Shown piece after piece: positions 11,301 through 20,556 of a DNA stretch of 63,880 bases. The translations under genes were made by a program, and so were the position numbers. This DNA comes from a virus (lineage: Duplodnaviria > Caudoviricetes). The notes under the pieces were generated by a model that was given only the letters and a program-made list of their open reading frames with translations, was not told where the DNA came from and made no database searches. The stretch covers positions 1 to 63,880 of IMG/VR virus record IMGVR_UViG_3300044731_001192; one strand, written 5' to 3'. Every line of letters starts with the position of its first letter. Positions within the stretch are counted from its first letter, which is position 1.

Positions 11301-12550
11301 TCTCCAACTGCATGTAATCTTTTTACATAATCCACATCTTCAGGCGATAAATATTTACTTGTTGAACCAGTTCTTGGGTCAAAAGTCTCTGTTACTGTAG
11401 TAGCTTTACGTATTTCTGCTTTAGTAGGAATTACTATATCTTTAGTAGATGTACTTAATAATTTGTCTGCAACATATTTAGTAACTTTATCGAACAAATT
11501 AGCGGGTATAGAGTCAAGAGCTTTTTTAGCCTCAACAACAGCTTGTTTGAATATTACCGTTTCTGCTGCTTTTATTTTCTTATTAAAAGTTTCAGGTGAC
11601 CAAGTTTCTTCTTGAGTTATTGGTTTACCTCTGGATACTTCAATTGGCTTATTAACGTGTCTTGCAAGGTCTGCCAAACTATTAGCTAGTAAGACCTTAA
11701 TAGCTTTTTGTTCTATTTCCTCTCTAGTACGGTCTTTCGCTGGGTCAATCTTAGTATTGTACACATACTCAGGTTTACCTAACGCAACTCTTCTATCTTG
11801 TTTATCAAAATAAGGTGCAAAAGTTTTCTCTAATTCTTTTTCGCGTTGTTTATACGCACTAGACGCTATACCACTCGTAGCTTGCAGTATAAGTTTTTCA
11901 ATATCGTGACCAGTTAAACGTATTTCATTAGAAAATGTCTTATCTAGTGCTTTAAAACCTGCATGTCTAAATAAATCAGCATCATTTGTGCTAATAGATT
12001 TTTCAGTACCTCGTGCATATTCCTTACTTTTTAAATTAGTAAGGTTTTGTCGTTCCATTAGTGCAGATGAATTTACCGAAGCCTCTGCTCTAGCAAGTCT
12101 ATCAATAAAGTTTTTTTCTAGTTGCTTTAGATTTTCACGTATTTCTATAGTCTTAGTTTGAGTATCTGCGTAAGCATCTACTTTTTTTTGTGTAGTTATA
12201 GGTTTAGAAGTTCTATCTATTCCCCTTAACTCTTTACCAACCTCACTATTGATAGCGTTATTAAGCGTCTTAATATCATTAAGAGCTTTCATGACTTTAT
12301 TTAATTCCGCTACACGACCACTAGCAGAAGGATTTTTGCCTATAGAATTAATAGATTCAACAATAGTACCTAGTGATGGAGCAAGGGACGAAAGGTTAAG
12401 TAAATCTTTCTGTGCAGCGTTAAAATTCTTCGCTAATTTTGTAACGGACTCGCTACTAGCTTTAATAGCCGAATCAATATTATTAATTAAAGGACTAGCT
12501 TTATCTTCAGCTTGTAGTTCGTATACAATAACATTTTTATCTTTAGCCAT
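5396..12550 (-). CDS. tape measure protein with SLT lytic-transglycosylase domain
   Basis: 2384 aa, helical; tape-measure motif (QMYGKNQVMMEELKKQLG); SLT motifs ESG..AIS.KGA.G.GQ..P, AYNAG, ET at ~6955-7310. Confidence 0.93.
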   Translation of the reverse strand: MAKDKNVIVYELQAEDKASPLINNIDSAIKASSESVTKLAKNFNAAQKDLLNLSSLAPSLGTIVESINSIGKNPSASGRVAELNKVMKALNDIKTLNNAINSEVGKELRGIDRTSKPITTQKKVDAYADTQTKTIEIRENLKQLEKNFIDRLARAEASVNSSALMERQNLTNLKSKEYARGTEKSISTNDADLFRHAGFKALDKTFSNEIRLTGHDIEKLILQATSGIASSAYKQREKELEKTFAPYFDKQDRRVALGKPEYVYNTKIDPAKDRTREEIEQKAIKVLLANSLADLARHVNKPIEVSRGKPITQEETWSPETFNKKIKAAETVIFKQAVVEAKKALDSIPANLFDKVTKYVADKLLSTSTKDIVIPTKAEIRKATTVTETFDPRTGSTSKYLSPEDVDYVKRLHAVGDILKHNAVERQKTVKVIDEQIKAEEKLAKLRTPSTESLARKALRDEASSRTGESGRAGFAANVANIDAVVKGKELEKTAALMNYFREDVGKVVNYYTRLKTLSKDAFSADYLQRLSAAFSSAASELNNYVSVSNLVITTAYETIHSIADYNNSLQKTNVTLTEQEKLELKAVYAIKLLEERLSLASTGTRKYAEIQKQLKTALATVNAELKEMHTLLKQTTNLQYLKLTVPKDYNALTTGLKNRLTEEAIIAESGANSIKHIEYKKAKDIEKIWKDHENIKKNQMDALQKLEITPIRNSDGTENTIRAVNIKELNKAIATNIDRTEKSIRTTNAHYAAQIKAVTALQDVTRFTDNYSTALSANLPKLSAFDKLEADMIAKSKAITDSKTDIIAARRDVKKLYGADSALYANLKTELDELNAALKRITSTYKNHKALLQQNDLLSSNKSSLSASYTEATNKLRQDLQLQEIILKHGADNYRVLEYNKAKAVEEIWKKHEERRLAFEAKLANIEAQPHLLSNGRVNPARNMDMAALQNSIVANVNNTGRNIASINAEYDARIRAARATDDATRSNRENSESLLTNGRASQHLLTRLFQFDIGHRIVRGVVSAISDIPKVGIELDSARATFTAVFGTLENVNKEFEYLDELALRTGASISVLREQYGQFASSAKFSGESAGKIRAIFNDITEAGTVLHLPADKLRSAFVAINQMYGKNQVMMEELKKQLGNQLPAAVSIFALSMGITTRKLMEDMKKGLVLPKETLAKFAATYRDFFADTSSFALAARGLNAELGRLSNSWTYLVQSIYENTSGKITASVKLFANGLELIKNNLEALNAAFSALLIMAGGSFLSHLVTKFALSSASIATTATFLEKLKGLLPVVGAWFLKLGTSLTIFGNITTALYVLSHASETVNNKEIKLLDLVEAAWERAKKAKDDYFITKEGGNKTILDKAVDNANYSMDYTNKVAKGFAVLGKNIIDDVIGTFTGDLLKARSPFRQVQEALAGQFSWAEIFHPELVKDVLKKKDAEEVAAKQKAFNDKLSSDIKEALIKGSEEGSEEMFTMLQSKVNKYLETFNKLSEAITATAEVQAKVQLHAIQLEQQLLEKNFKTNSVSFLKYFETRVSLAEKEYEIAVRRNALEKDVALRGLEEARKFRDVSRVNYSQTVTTDKADNARKELSNIEAAIALASVNRSNTKLPVGGIVVKDTAGGSKVSEDVIRRNPEYQLVEKNLRLAQEDLANRKANKETLSAQQEYILGLKEVPLFYETDITALRKTIATFVEETAKGVSNLNVGLSEKTVAGQRRIDFGTGGEISANETSARVALLNDPKNKELIAQINAISAREGVKNQEAFLANLAVESGLNQKAISSKGAIGIGQVLPTNTYAKDLDITTTEGNITAASRFWKHLEKSYNDNLPKIAGAYNAGEKGVNQNHADTTFPETINHIDKVLALSSKLLPELALITSDTTKKSNQGNLVSASFKGEARIIQLENKELDAQYTKEKALEELDRLRLEHTEKTKDAFTQSNIAVLKLNSSGQEQATILETQLKFKNDLKLLNNMEADHAELDKRYNEARTAEERKLIELKRSQLVPLTKEEVAAQKENIRILSEKEIMTARANAAAARLSNKSGAFDNKFEAINLQESGGSFGKYGAAYARSAANRDKFAQMNSSESRADFMTKAISDSGGDRDLLANKMASFNNELEKTKQAGQEVADLFANEVSGNITTALTDWATGNKTAMESVKALGASIVKMIMDVIVQELILAKVKLMIKAMLALVGGISTGGSVDEAPTGKYTGGVVGYAGGGNILQFPSGGKVRGKGNSLSDSNYAAVPKGSYVLKASSANALTNKYGSDLLVRLSNDEIVVPPALVKKYGKDFFDKANSHGDFAAGGSVGNIKDNVKPMSPKHNNVNSSNVNNITVNVDGTGKDGKELGNQISIEIVKQIAKQEAQKQVNVNNKQQRTAQRRVV

Positions 12551-12567
12551 TAGCGAGTCCTAAGTTA

Positions 12568-13053
12568 TTAATTTCGTGGAGTATTTCTCAATGCGTCAAA
12601 CAAAGCATTTCTAATTGCATCTCTATAAGGCATACTAGACCAAAAATGGTCAAACCAAGCATTAGTACAATTAGCAGCACCGCCCCAATTGTCTAAATCA
12701 TCGCCAGCTTCTTCAGTATTCTTAATAGATTTAACTAATTTACCTTTTAAATAACATTTAACATCTCTAAAAGATAAAACTTCATTTTTTACAAATACTT
12801 TAACTTTCTCTGCAATTTCACTTGCTTGTGCTTCTATATCAGCAAGTTCAGTATCAGTAAGAGCTTCTAACTGCTCTTCAGTTAAATCATCATTAGTATT
12901 AAATAATGCTTTAAAGTCTTTAAATTTTTGTTGTGCGTCTTCTACGTTATATCTTTTAAATTCAGCACCAAAATTGTCTTTTTTTCCTAAACAATCTTGC
13001 GGTACGATTGGTAAAATAACTGAAGGAGTTTGTAGTGCTAGTTCAAATTTCAT
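12568..13053 (-). CDS. tail assembly chaperone (G-like)
   Basis: Position between tube and tape measure; acidic. Confidence 0.65.
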   Translation of the reverse strand: MKFELALQTPSVILPIVPQDCLGKKDNFGAEFKRYNVEDAQQKFKDFKALFNTNDDLTEEQLEALTDTELADIEAQASEIAEKVKVFVKNEVLSFRDVKCYLKGKLVKSIKNTEEAGDDLDNWGGAANCTNAWFDHFWSSMPYRDAIRNALFDALRNTPRN

Positions 13054-13060
13054 AGTAGTT

Positions 13061-13771
13061 TCAATTAGTTGATGGTTTATTGTTAAGATAACTATTATAC
13101 ATTACAGTTATCTTGTTTAAGGAGTCTTTTAAATCTAATTTACTATCTTCGCTAAGTTTAAGTATAGCCGCTAAAGGTAGTCTATCGTATTCATCCGTCC
13201 AAAACCTACAAGCACAGAAAATATCATACACCTTTCTATTCTCATTTAAAAGTATTTGGTAATTATCTTGCAATGTTAGGGCAGGTTTGTTTGTTATTTC
13301 AGGTACATCGTCATCAGTAAAGGTAATGTAATCACTGTACTCAGCTATTAAGTCTTCTTCTTTCACTTTAACCTTATTACTAAAGTCTAAATTAGCTCTA
13401 TATTCGCCTAATTCAACTAAATTACCGTACACAACATTATCATTACTAATATTTTCGTTTAAATAACTGTTAAAAGATACTGCGATTGGTGCGAAATAAG
13501 GTGTACTTCTTAATAGCAAACTAATTATATCGCTATCTATTGTGTTAGTCAATGAACCATTACTAAGTATAATACCATCAACAAATACTATATTAGTTCT
13601 AAGTATTGCAATTAACTTAGGCATATCAGCAGAAAGCAGTAATCTTTTTAAGCGTTTCTTTGAATGTTTTTTAAGATACTTAAAGGCAATAGTGAAATTA
13701 TTTTCTATATTTGCTGAATCTTTAGCTACTAATTGCAATGTTATGTACGATGGAAGAGTTAATAGCGTCAT
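13061..13771 (-). CDS. tail assembly chaperone (G-like N-terminus plus T/DUF1799-like C-terminus)
   Basis: N-terminus resembles 12568..13053; C-terminus NEN..YDIF....W..LAAI...ITVM. Confidence 0.6.
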   Translation of the reverse strand: MTLLTLPSYITLQLVAKDSANIENNFTIAFKYLKKHSKKRLKRLLLSADMPKLIAILRTNIVFVDGIILSNGSLTNTIDSDIISLLLRSTPYFAPIAVSFNSYLNENISNDNVVYGNLVELGEYRANLDFSNKVKVKEEDLIAEYSDYITFTDDDVPEITNKPALTLQDNYQILLNENRKVYDIFCACRFWTDEYDRLPLAAILKLSEDSKLDLKDSLNKITVMYNSYLNNKPSTN

Positions 13772-13800
13772 AATAAGTAAATAGACGTAAAAAAAAAATA

Positions 13801-13829
13801 AAAAAAAAAGGGTAGAATTAACTACCCTT
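13801..13829 (-). terminator. intrinsic terminator after tail tube
   Basis: AGGGTAG-ttaatt-CTACCCT plus long T run on the minus strand. Confidence 0.8.
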
Positions 13830-13852
13830 AGTATGCTAAGTAATGTTGGTTA

Positions 13853-15493
13853 TTATAGTAAAGTTAATTCACTAACACCTGAAGCTTCAAAAGTTAAATC
13901 GATTGAAGCGACATTACCTTGCGTTGTGTGTTTGTAACCTTTTAAAGTTAATTTATTCATGTATACACAATAACTAGCACCCGCAGCATCACCTTGTCTA
14001 AAGTAGAAAGTAAATTCTTTACCTACGTTGTCTTCGGGACGGAAAGAAGTAGCATCTGGTGATGTTGTTGTACTACCGCCTGTATAAGTCACTCTAGCAG
14101 TATCTTCTAAAATAGTAATCATAACATCATGAGCAATTGCTTGCGGATACCAAAAATCACCGCTACCAGTTTGAGTACGTTTTAAATCAAACCCATCGAA
14201 GTTACTAGCACTAAAAGAAATGAATGAAATGTTTTCAACTTTATCTGCTATGTCAGCGGCTGGCACATTACCAGAAGCAATAACAGCACGTTCTATATTA
14301 CTATTTAACGTAACTGGAGCAATATTAGTTTTTTGTTCATTGATATTAGTAATAAAACTATCTGAATTTAAAATGCTTGCTTCGTTACCATGAAAGTTAA
14401 ATTTAAACTTAGGTCTTTCAGCAATTTTAATATTTAAATCGACAGTACCCCGAACACCAGTCAAAGTAACTACTTTTTGCTCTGTGATGTCTAATGAAGA
14501 TTTGCGAATTTGTGCAGTTAATGAACTATTACTCGCTAAAGCATTAGTAAATTTAAGAGTGCTTAGACTTGCATCAAGGGCAGTAGTAGAGGCTACAGCA
14601 GCTTTGAAATTAGTTACGGCTGTGGATGTTCCAGTTATGTTCCCTATAGTAGTTACTAAAGTACCAAGATTAGCTAAAATTCTAACTTTATACGCGGCTG
14701 CTGTTGTGTTATTGGTAATGGTTATTTCTGATATAGCTTTTCTAACTGAACCTGCTGTAGTCTCCAAATTACCTAGTACTGCGATAACGTCAGTTGTGTA
14801 GGTAGCTGGGGTTGGTAACGCAAAAGAGTCTACGAGAGCTTGGATAATGGACAAAGTACTAGCCGTTTTAAACCCCTCTAAAGAATTTAATTTAGAAGTT
14901 AAATCTAATATAGCGTTATTAATACCCGATTTTACAGCACCTACATTAATTCGGTCTCTTTGTACTTTTATTGCTGCTTCGTTATTAGAGTTAATCAAAG
15001 CCCATGCATTTAAATCATCTACAATATCAGCCTCCTGCCCGCTAGTATTAGCAAACAGTTTGTTTTTAACTGAAATAACTGATGCTTTTAAGGCTGTTAC
15101 TTCAGTTATAGCTGAGGCTAGTTGGGTTAAAACAGCGGAAGGTAATCTACTATTAGTAGTAGTTTCTACTGCATTTAAATTGCAACATTCTAAAAACTTA
15201 GATACTGGAACTACTCTGGTAGGTTCAACTAAAGAATTAACTAAACTACCAAGTACAGGTACATAACTATCACCACTAAAGTCACCAAAAGTATCAGTAA
15301 TATTAACAACACTGTCTCTTGATAAAAAATCACCTACTAAAGCTTCAGAACTTGTAGGAATATTTGGGTCATAAGTAACACCAGTCATGATAATAACGTC
15401 AGCAGCGGCAGGAACAGCATTAGTATTTTCTACCGATTCAATTTTACCAAATACAGCTACTTGAGTAGCATTAAACTTTGCTATTTGTGTCAT
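13853..15493 (-). CDS. major tail tube protein with large helical insertion
   Basis: Position, followed by terminator; tube-like motifs (LTGVRGTVDLNIK..PKFKFNFHG; SELTL). Confidence 0.75.
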   Translation of the reverse strand: MTQIAKFNATQVAVFGKIESVENTNAVPAAADVIIMTGVTYDPNIPTSSEALVGDFLSRDSVVNITDTFGDFSGDSYVPVLGSLVNSLVEPTRVVPVSKFLECCNLNAVETTTNSRLPSAVLTQLASAITEVTALKASVISVKNKLFANTSGQEADIVDDLNAWALINSNNEAAIKVQRDRINVGAVKSGINNAILDLTSKLNSLEGFKTASTLSIIQALVDSFALPTPATYTTDVIAVLGNLETTAGSVRKAISEITITNNTTAAAYKVRILANLGTLVTTIGNITGTSTAVTNFKAAVASTTALDASLSTLKFTNALASNSSLTAQIRKSSLDITEQKVVTLTGVRGTVDLNIKIAERPKFKFNFHGNEASILNSDSFITNINEQKTNIAPVTLNSNIERAVIASGNVPAADIADKVENISFISFSASNFDGFDLKRTQTGSGDFWYPQAIAHDVMITILEDTARVTYTGGSTTTSPDATSFRPEDNVGKEFTFYFRQGDAAGASYCVYMNKLTLKGYKHTTQGNVASIDLTFEASGVSELTLL

Positions 15494-15642
15494 ACAATTT
15501 CTCCATCAATCTCAGGTTGTTTGTTAATTTCTTCTATTTTTTCTTTAGCGACAGCAATAGCATCGACTATTTCGTCCTGTTCTTCTTGTTTATTTTGTTT
15601 AAAGTACTCTTCAACACTTAAACCATTAATTGTTCTTGTCAT
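15490..15642 (-). CDS. small acidic protein (50 aa)
   Basis: AGGTGAG RBS; TGA overlaps the tube ATG. Confidence 0.6.
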   Translation of the reverse strand: MTRTINGLSVEEYFKQNKQEEQDEIVDAIAVAKEKIEEINKQPEIDGEIV

Positions 15643-15653
15643 AATCTCACCTA

Positions 15654-16067
15654 TTAGTAAATAACTCTATCAAATGTAAAAGCCCAGACCATCTTAGTAA
15701 TTCTTCGTCCATTAGTTCTAACAAAATCGCCATTAAGAAAAGTAAAAGACCTTATATGTTCTAAATCACTTAACGGTTTATAGTTTTGCAATGCTTTGTA
15801 TAGTGTAGTAAGGCAGTTAGGGTACATATTATTAGTTGCAATCAATTCAACCGAGACTAAAAATACAATTTCACTATCTAATTCACTAGCACAATCAAAA
15901 GCAATACTTGTCTCAGCACTTGTAGACATAAAACCATTATAATCTACAAAAACAACAGTGTCACTTAATTGTAAATCTAATTCTTCAGGAAGTATTTCAG
16001 GAGATTCTTTACAAGCGTAAGAAGTTTGTTGTGTTATGTATGTAGACAAGTGAGCTAAATTTATCAT
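15654..16067 (-). CDS. putative tail terminator (gpU-like)
   Basis: Size and synteny. Confidence 0.55.
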   Translation of the reverse strand: MINLAHLSTYITQQTSYACKESPEILPEELDLQLSDTVVFVDYNGFMSTSAETSIAFDCASELDSEIVFLVSVELIATNNMYPNCLTTLYKALQNYKPLSDLEHIRSFTFLNGDFVRTNGRRITKMVWAFTFDRVIY

Positions 16068-16068
16068 A

Positions 16069-16374
16069 CTAAATGCTCCTTAAATAACACAGTATTTTAA
16101 CCCAACCAGTAGTATCAGGGATAATATTAGTAACTACAAACTTGTAAGTTTTTCCTGAAGTTGTCCAAGTTAGTACATCATCTAAATTTACTAACTCACC
16201 ATAAGCGATTGTAGTGATAAAATAGTACTCTTTACTACCATAAGCAATACTACCATCATCTAATTGGTACATTTTAGTATTTTCACTAGGTAGTACTTTA
16301 ATATTACCGTATATAGTACTAATAGTGTCTCCAATTCCGTCTAGTAAAAAGTTATCCTCAGCTAACATAATCAT
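16069..16374 (-). CDS. putative head-tail joining protein (gpFII-like)
   Basis: Beta-rich, ..PDTTGWVKI; synteny. Confidence 0.55.
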   Translation of the reverse strand: MIMLAEDNFLLDGIGDTISTIYGNIKVLPSENTKMYQLDDGSIAYGSKEYYFITTIAYGELVNLDDVLTWTTSGKTYKFVVTNIIPDTTGWVKILCYLRSI

Positions 16375-17126
16375 CGTAATTTTAACTCCATTATTAAGCC
16401 ATTGATTCTATTAGTAAAATTCACTTTTTCTAAAGTAGTTTTACTGTTCAGTAAATAAGCTATCGGTAAATTTCTTAACTGCATTAATGGATAACGCTTC
16501 TTTGTACTTCTAATGTACATACCACTAGGAGTTGTTTTATCTACTTTCATATTAGGGTTACTAAGTTTACTAATTTTAGTAAGGTCTTTAGGATTAAGCA
16601 TACTATTTTTATCGTAGTAAAACCCTTTTGCCCTAGTATTAATAGCTCTTTGCATGTTAGGTGATGTTGAGCTGTTCATTTTTCTTGGTATTCTTACTTG
16701 TACCATTGGTGAACTTTTCTTAACTTTAACTAAAGTCATAAATACTGTTTTATTAGTAATAGGAGCTATGATAGGACGTTTTCTATGCTTAGCACTTTTC
16801 TTAATATAGTAAGATTGTCTAGCTACTGTAATTCTTCTCATCTCAAAAGGAAAGTTACTTAAACTGTCCTGTTTAATGAATATTTCAATAGCCGCTCTTT
16901 GAACATTACTACTACCCTTAACTGTTTTAAGTTTTTTTAATGGTGTGACTCGCATTAACTTAGCCGCACCATTAAAAGAATTTCTATGAGCATATATTTT
17001 AGAATACTCTTTAGTCATGTCATCAGCTAATTTATTCAATGCAGTGTTAAATCCAGTAACTTGTACGCTGTCATTTCCAAATACAGTTCCTATCGTACCT
17101 AACTTAGTTACTCTAACAGTTGCCAT
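16371..17126 (-). CDS. basic neck/tail-completion protein (gpZ-like)
   Basis: K/R-rich; synteny. Confidence 0.5.
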   Translation of the reverse strand: MATVRVTKLGTIGTVFGNDSVQVTGFNTALNKLADDMTKEYSKIYAHRNSFNGAAKLMRVTPLKKLKTVKGSSNVQRAAIEIFIKQDSLSNFPFEMRRITVARQSYYIKKSAKHRKRPIIAPITNKTVFMTLVKVKKSSPMVQVRIPRKMNSSTSPNMQRAINTRAKGFYYDKNSMLNPKDLTKISKLSNPNMKVDKTTPSGMYIRSTKKRYPLMQLRNLPIAYLLNSKTTLEKVNFTNRINGLIMELKLR

Positions 17127-17143
17127 GACAGTTCCTACACAAT

Positions 17144-17178
17144 AAAAAAAAAATGCCCACTATCTCTAATGGGCATTG
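17144..17178 (-). terminator. intrinsic terminator after capsid
   Basis: AATGCCCA/TGGGCATT stem plus T run on the minus strand. Confidence 0.8.
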
Positions 17179-17191
17179 AAATCAGTAAATA

Positions 17192-18451
17192 TTAATACTG
17201 TTTTCCTGAGCTACAGACTTTCCAACTAATTGCTGAGTTAATTTCAGTGTGGTAAACGGCAAAATTAGTATGAATTTCATACTCTTCAATTTTACTTTTT
17301 TCACCTTTCCATGAATTAATCCAGAATTGTTGAGCAGCCCACATTGCACCATAGTGCATAATCTTACCAAAGCGAATTGCACCATATTGAGAAGGAGGTA
17401 CTAATAAAACATACCCTTCAGGCATAAAACGAGTTTTAGCACCTGTACTTCTATCATGGTACATACCATTGTAAGTATAAGTTGGAATCTTAGAACCACC
17501 ATAAATTACAAAACCTTGAAGAGTCAATCCTTCAATTTCTTGTGGATGTGGGTACAAGTCCAACATTACTAATGGTTGGGTACGGTCAAAAGTATTTTGA
17601 GCTTGTTCTTTGTAAGTAGTATTAATATCATTTAAATACCAAGACCAAGCATCATTACCCATTACAATGTAATCAGTACCAGAACGATAAGCAGCAACAT
17701 CTAACATTCTATTAACATGTTTAACTGGACTTACTGCAATAGCAGGAGTCACAGCAGCATTACTATTAGTAGAATCTTTACTATCCCAAGACATACCACC
17801 AGCAACATCGGAAGCAGTATTAGCTTTAATACTTGTTAAGTCAGCTTCAGGAACAAGTTCATTAAAAATAGCTAATTTATTTGCATCTCTAGCAGCTTGA
17901 GTACTAGCAGCACTAAAAGAGTATTTTGTACGCTCCATATCCCATTTAACTTCTTTATGTTGACCTTTTTGGTCAGCTAAAGTAGTACTAAAAGTACCAT
18001 AAACTAGGATATTTGCACGAGATAACTCGTACAAGTTTTCGAACCGTTCATAAGCAAGTGCAAATTGTTGTTGCATATTAGAAGCAACATTTCTAGCAAG
18101 AGTAGCTCTATCTAATGAAACAGTATTAGGTTGTTGAGCTAACATTCTTTGATTGATTTCTTGGTAATTAGGACTTCCAACATGTTCTTTAGAATATGCA
18201 AATGAAAGTTCTTTAGTACCAAAGTTTGGTAATTGTACACGATAAGTATCTGCTTCAGGGTCTACAAATTGACCCATTAAGTTACGTTTATTAAATTCAA
18301 TATCGTAATTTACAGTATCACGCCAAGTTGTATTAATATCGTTGAAAGATTGTTTAAATAATAAAGGACGTTTTTGTACGTTACCTTTAATATATCCTTC
18401 AATATTCTTACCCGCCCCATAAGGGGTTTGAAAAGTAGTTAAATCAGCCAT
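17192..18451 (-). CDS. major capsid protein (lambda gpE-like)
   Basis: Follows decoration protein (TGATG coupling), precedes terminator; YTYNG.Y..KTRFMPEGYVLL. Confidence 0.85.
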   Translation of the reverse strand: MADLTTFQTPYGAGKNIEGYIKGNVQKRPLLFKQSFNDINTTWRDTVNYDIEFNKRNLMGQFVDPEADTYRVQLPNFGTKELSFAYSKEHVGSPNYQEINQRMLAQQPNTVSLDRATLARNVASNMQQQFALAYERFENLYELSRANILVYGTFSTTLADQKGQHKEVKWDMERTKYSFSAASTQAARDANKLAIFNELVPEADLTSIKANTASDVAGGMSWDSKDSTNSNAAVTPAIAVSPVKHVNRMLDVAAYRSGTDYIVMGNDAWSWYLNDINTTYKEQAQNTFDRTQPLVMLDLYPHPQEIEGLTLQGFVIYGGSKIPTYTYNGMYHDRSTGAKTRFMPEGYVLLVPPSQYGAIRFGKIMHYGAMWAAQQFWINSWKGEKSKIEEYEIHTNFAVYHTEINSAISWKVCSSGKQY

Positions 18452-19218
18452 CAGATTTCTGTCTCCCCAGTAGTCCAAGTACCAATAGCAAACTCAGTGC
18501 CACCAGCAGTATTTTCAATAAATTTTTGTTTAGCTAATTCAGTAACACAACCAGTATTGTAAGCAGTAACTGCTACAGTAGTATTATCTGCTTTAGTGAC
18601 AGTATCGATTGCAGTATCAACTTCCCAAACAATTTCTTCACTCCAGAAATTACCAGAAATATACATAACCGCAGGCACATCAACACTTGTAGCATCTACA
18701 TCAAATAACAATAAACCAGCAGCAGGTCTTTGAGCAGTACCACCAGCAGTAATTGTAATAGGATGTGTTAAACCACCATGCGAACCAGAGACAGCAAAAT
18801 TGCTTACATCAGTTAGATAAGTAGTTGAAATTGCTTCTAAAGTAGCAGTAGTAGCTCCAGCCTGTAAAGTCCAACCAGATAAAGTACCAGAAAAAGTACC
18901 TTTAGTAGTTGTTTTACTAATAAAAGCGGCTACTACTTCAGCAGGAGTCATTGCCGCAGTTGTAGTAAGAGTTAATCCACCAATAATAATAGTGTCAGAA
19001 CTACCAGTAGTACCAGCAAAAACAGTACTAGCTAATTCTGTCATAGTAGCTTTAGCAATCATCTTACCTGATGTATCACTTTCTAACCAAGACATAGCTT
19101 TAATAACTTGACCAGATTTTACAATAATCTGTCTAGTATTTTTACAAGGTTCAGCACCTCTTGAACCGTACTTTGTAGTACGATTTGCAAATGAAACAAA
19201 TCCACCATTACTTGCCAT
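18451..19218 (-). CDS. head decoration protein (gpD-like, with insertion)
   Basis: VKSGQV..AGLLLFDVDATS.D..A.MYISGNF; between protease and capsid. Confidence 0.8.
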   Translation of the reverse strand: MASNGGFVSFANRTTKYGSRGAEPCKNTRQIIVKSGQVIKAMSWLESDTSGKMIAKATMTELASTVFAGTTGSSDTIIIGGLTLTTTAAMTPAEVVAAFISKTTTKGTFSGTLSGWTLQAGATTATLEAISTTYLTDVSNFAVSGSHGGLTHPITITAGGTAQRPAAGLLLFDVDATSVDVPAVMYISGNFWSEEIVWEVDTAIDTVTKADNTTVAVTAYNTGCVTELAKQKFIENTAGGTEFAIGTWTTGETEI

Positions 19219-20485
19219 GTTGTTCTCCCAAATCACTCATTGCAGAAACTAAATCTAACATAGAAAAAGTACCGTTACCTAAAGTATCTGTTTCAGCACT
19301 TACTTGAGCAGCCGCTAATTTAGATAATTCAGCTTTAAGTTTATCATCGACACTACTCATAGAAGTAGCCGCTGCATTAATAGCAGTATTTTCTCCTCTA
19401 GCTTCAGCAATATCACTAAACAAATCACTAACTTGGTCTAGTGAATACCCTTTAACAATAGCATTAGTAATTGTAACATCACTAACATTAAATGTTTTTC
19501 CAGCTTCCATTACTTTTTGAACTCGAATACGTTCTTCTTTAACAGCTTTACTAACTTCTAAAGTTGTACTTGCTTTTAAAGAATCATGTTGAGCTAATAA
19601 CTCAATATATTTTTCTTCAGTTGACATTAATATCCCCTCGTTGTTGGTATTATTTACTACAGTATTAGACGTACTAACTAATTCTAACATAACATCAGCA
19701 ATAGATGTTACTATTTTATCTACTAAACCTACTTTAACACCCTCTTCAGCACTTATAGTTTTTCCAGCTAACTTAACTATAGTTTCTAATGACAGATTTG
19801 GTCTATATTCAAGTACAGTATTGTTAAATTTATTGTCAACAGTTATTAACTTAGCTAGTAATTCGTCTTTAACTGCTGTACTTAATGTTTCATGCGGATT
19901 ATAAGAAGCTTTACTTTCTTTACTTCTTAGTATTGTGTAAGAAACACCTTCTTTTTTATCTGCCTCGGTAACATCTACTAAAGACATCACTGCACCGATA
20001 CTAGCTACATCTGCAATATCTACTGCAAATATTTTAGAACAACTTGATGCAATTAAATAGGCTGCACTACAAGCTTGACTATCAGTAAAAGCTACTGTAG
20101 TAATGTCCATTTTTTCTAATGAACGGATTAAAGAAGATAAGCCAAAAACACCACTAACTTCGCCACCGCAACTAGCAATATCAAATAAAATAGTAGTGTA
20201 ATTTTGTTTAATACACTCATGTATTTGATTTGTAATGGATTCATAAGAAGTTAAGCCACTAGCTCCTGCTCCATTTTTATTAACTAAAGAACCATGTACT
20301 TTAATAAGTGCAATTTTATCAACAGAATCGAAAGAACTACTTGTTACTTTACTTTTCTCAGTAGAGTCTATAGTCTCCTCTGCGAGCATTTTTAGAGAAA
20401 TGCGGTCTGTTAGAATTTCTAATTTATCTGACGTTATTAATAAAGGTGTATTAATAAGTCTACTTAGTATGTTTGGATATAGCAT
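19208..20485 (-). CDS. head maturation protease (S49) with scaffold C-terminus
   Basis: DIASCGGEV, ACSAAYLIASSC, SIGA; ERIRV scaffold motif. Confidence 0.9.
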   Translation of the reverse strand: MLYPNILSRLINTPLLITSDKLEILTDRISLKMLAEETIDSTEKSKVTSSSFDSVDKIALIKVHGSLVNKNGAGASGLTSYESITNQIHECIKQNYTTILFDIASCGGEVSGVFGLSSLIRSLEKMDITTVAFTDSQACSAAYLIASSCSKIFAVDIADVASIGAVMSLVDVTEADKKEGVSYTILRSKESKASYNPHETLSTAVKDELLAKLITVDNKFNNTVLEYRPNLSLETIVKLAGKTISAEEGVKVGLVDKIVTSIADVMLELVSTSNTVVNNTNNEGILMSTEEKYIELLAQHDSLKASTTLEVSKAVKEERIRVQKVMEAGKTFNVSDVTITNAIVKGYSLDQVSDLFSDIAEARGENTAINAAATSMSSVDDKLKAELSKLAAAQVSAETDTLGNGTFSMLDLVSAMSDLGEQHGK

Positions 20486-20556
20486 ATTAAAAATCCTTAT
20501 TTTTTGTATCGTATATGTTAATACTATTTAGATAGTGAAAGCAACTATTTACCTAA

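Noticed and set aside
5345-15664. Antisense and alternate-frame ORFs within tape measure and tube genes (and similar ones elsewhere)
   Set aside because: Shadow ORFs of real genes.
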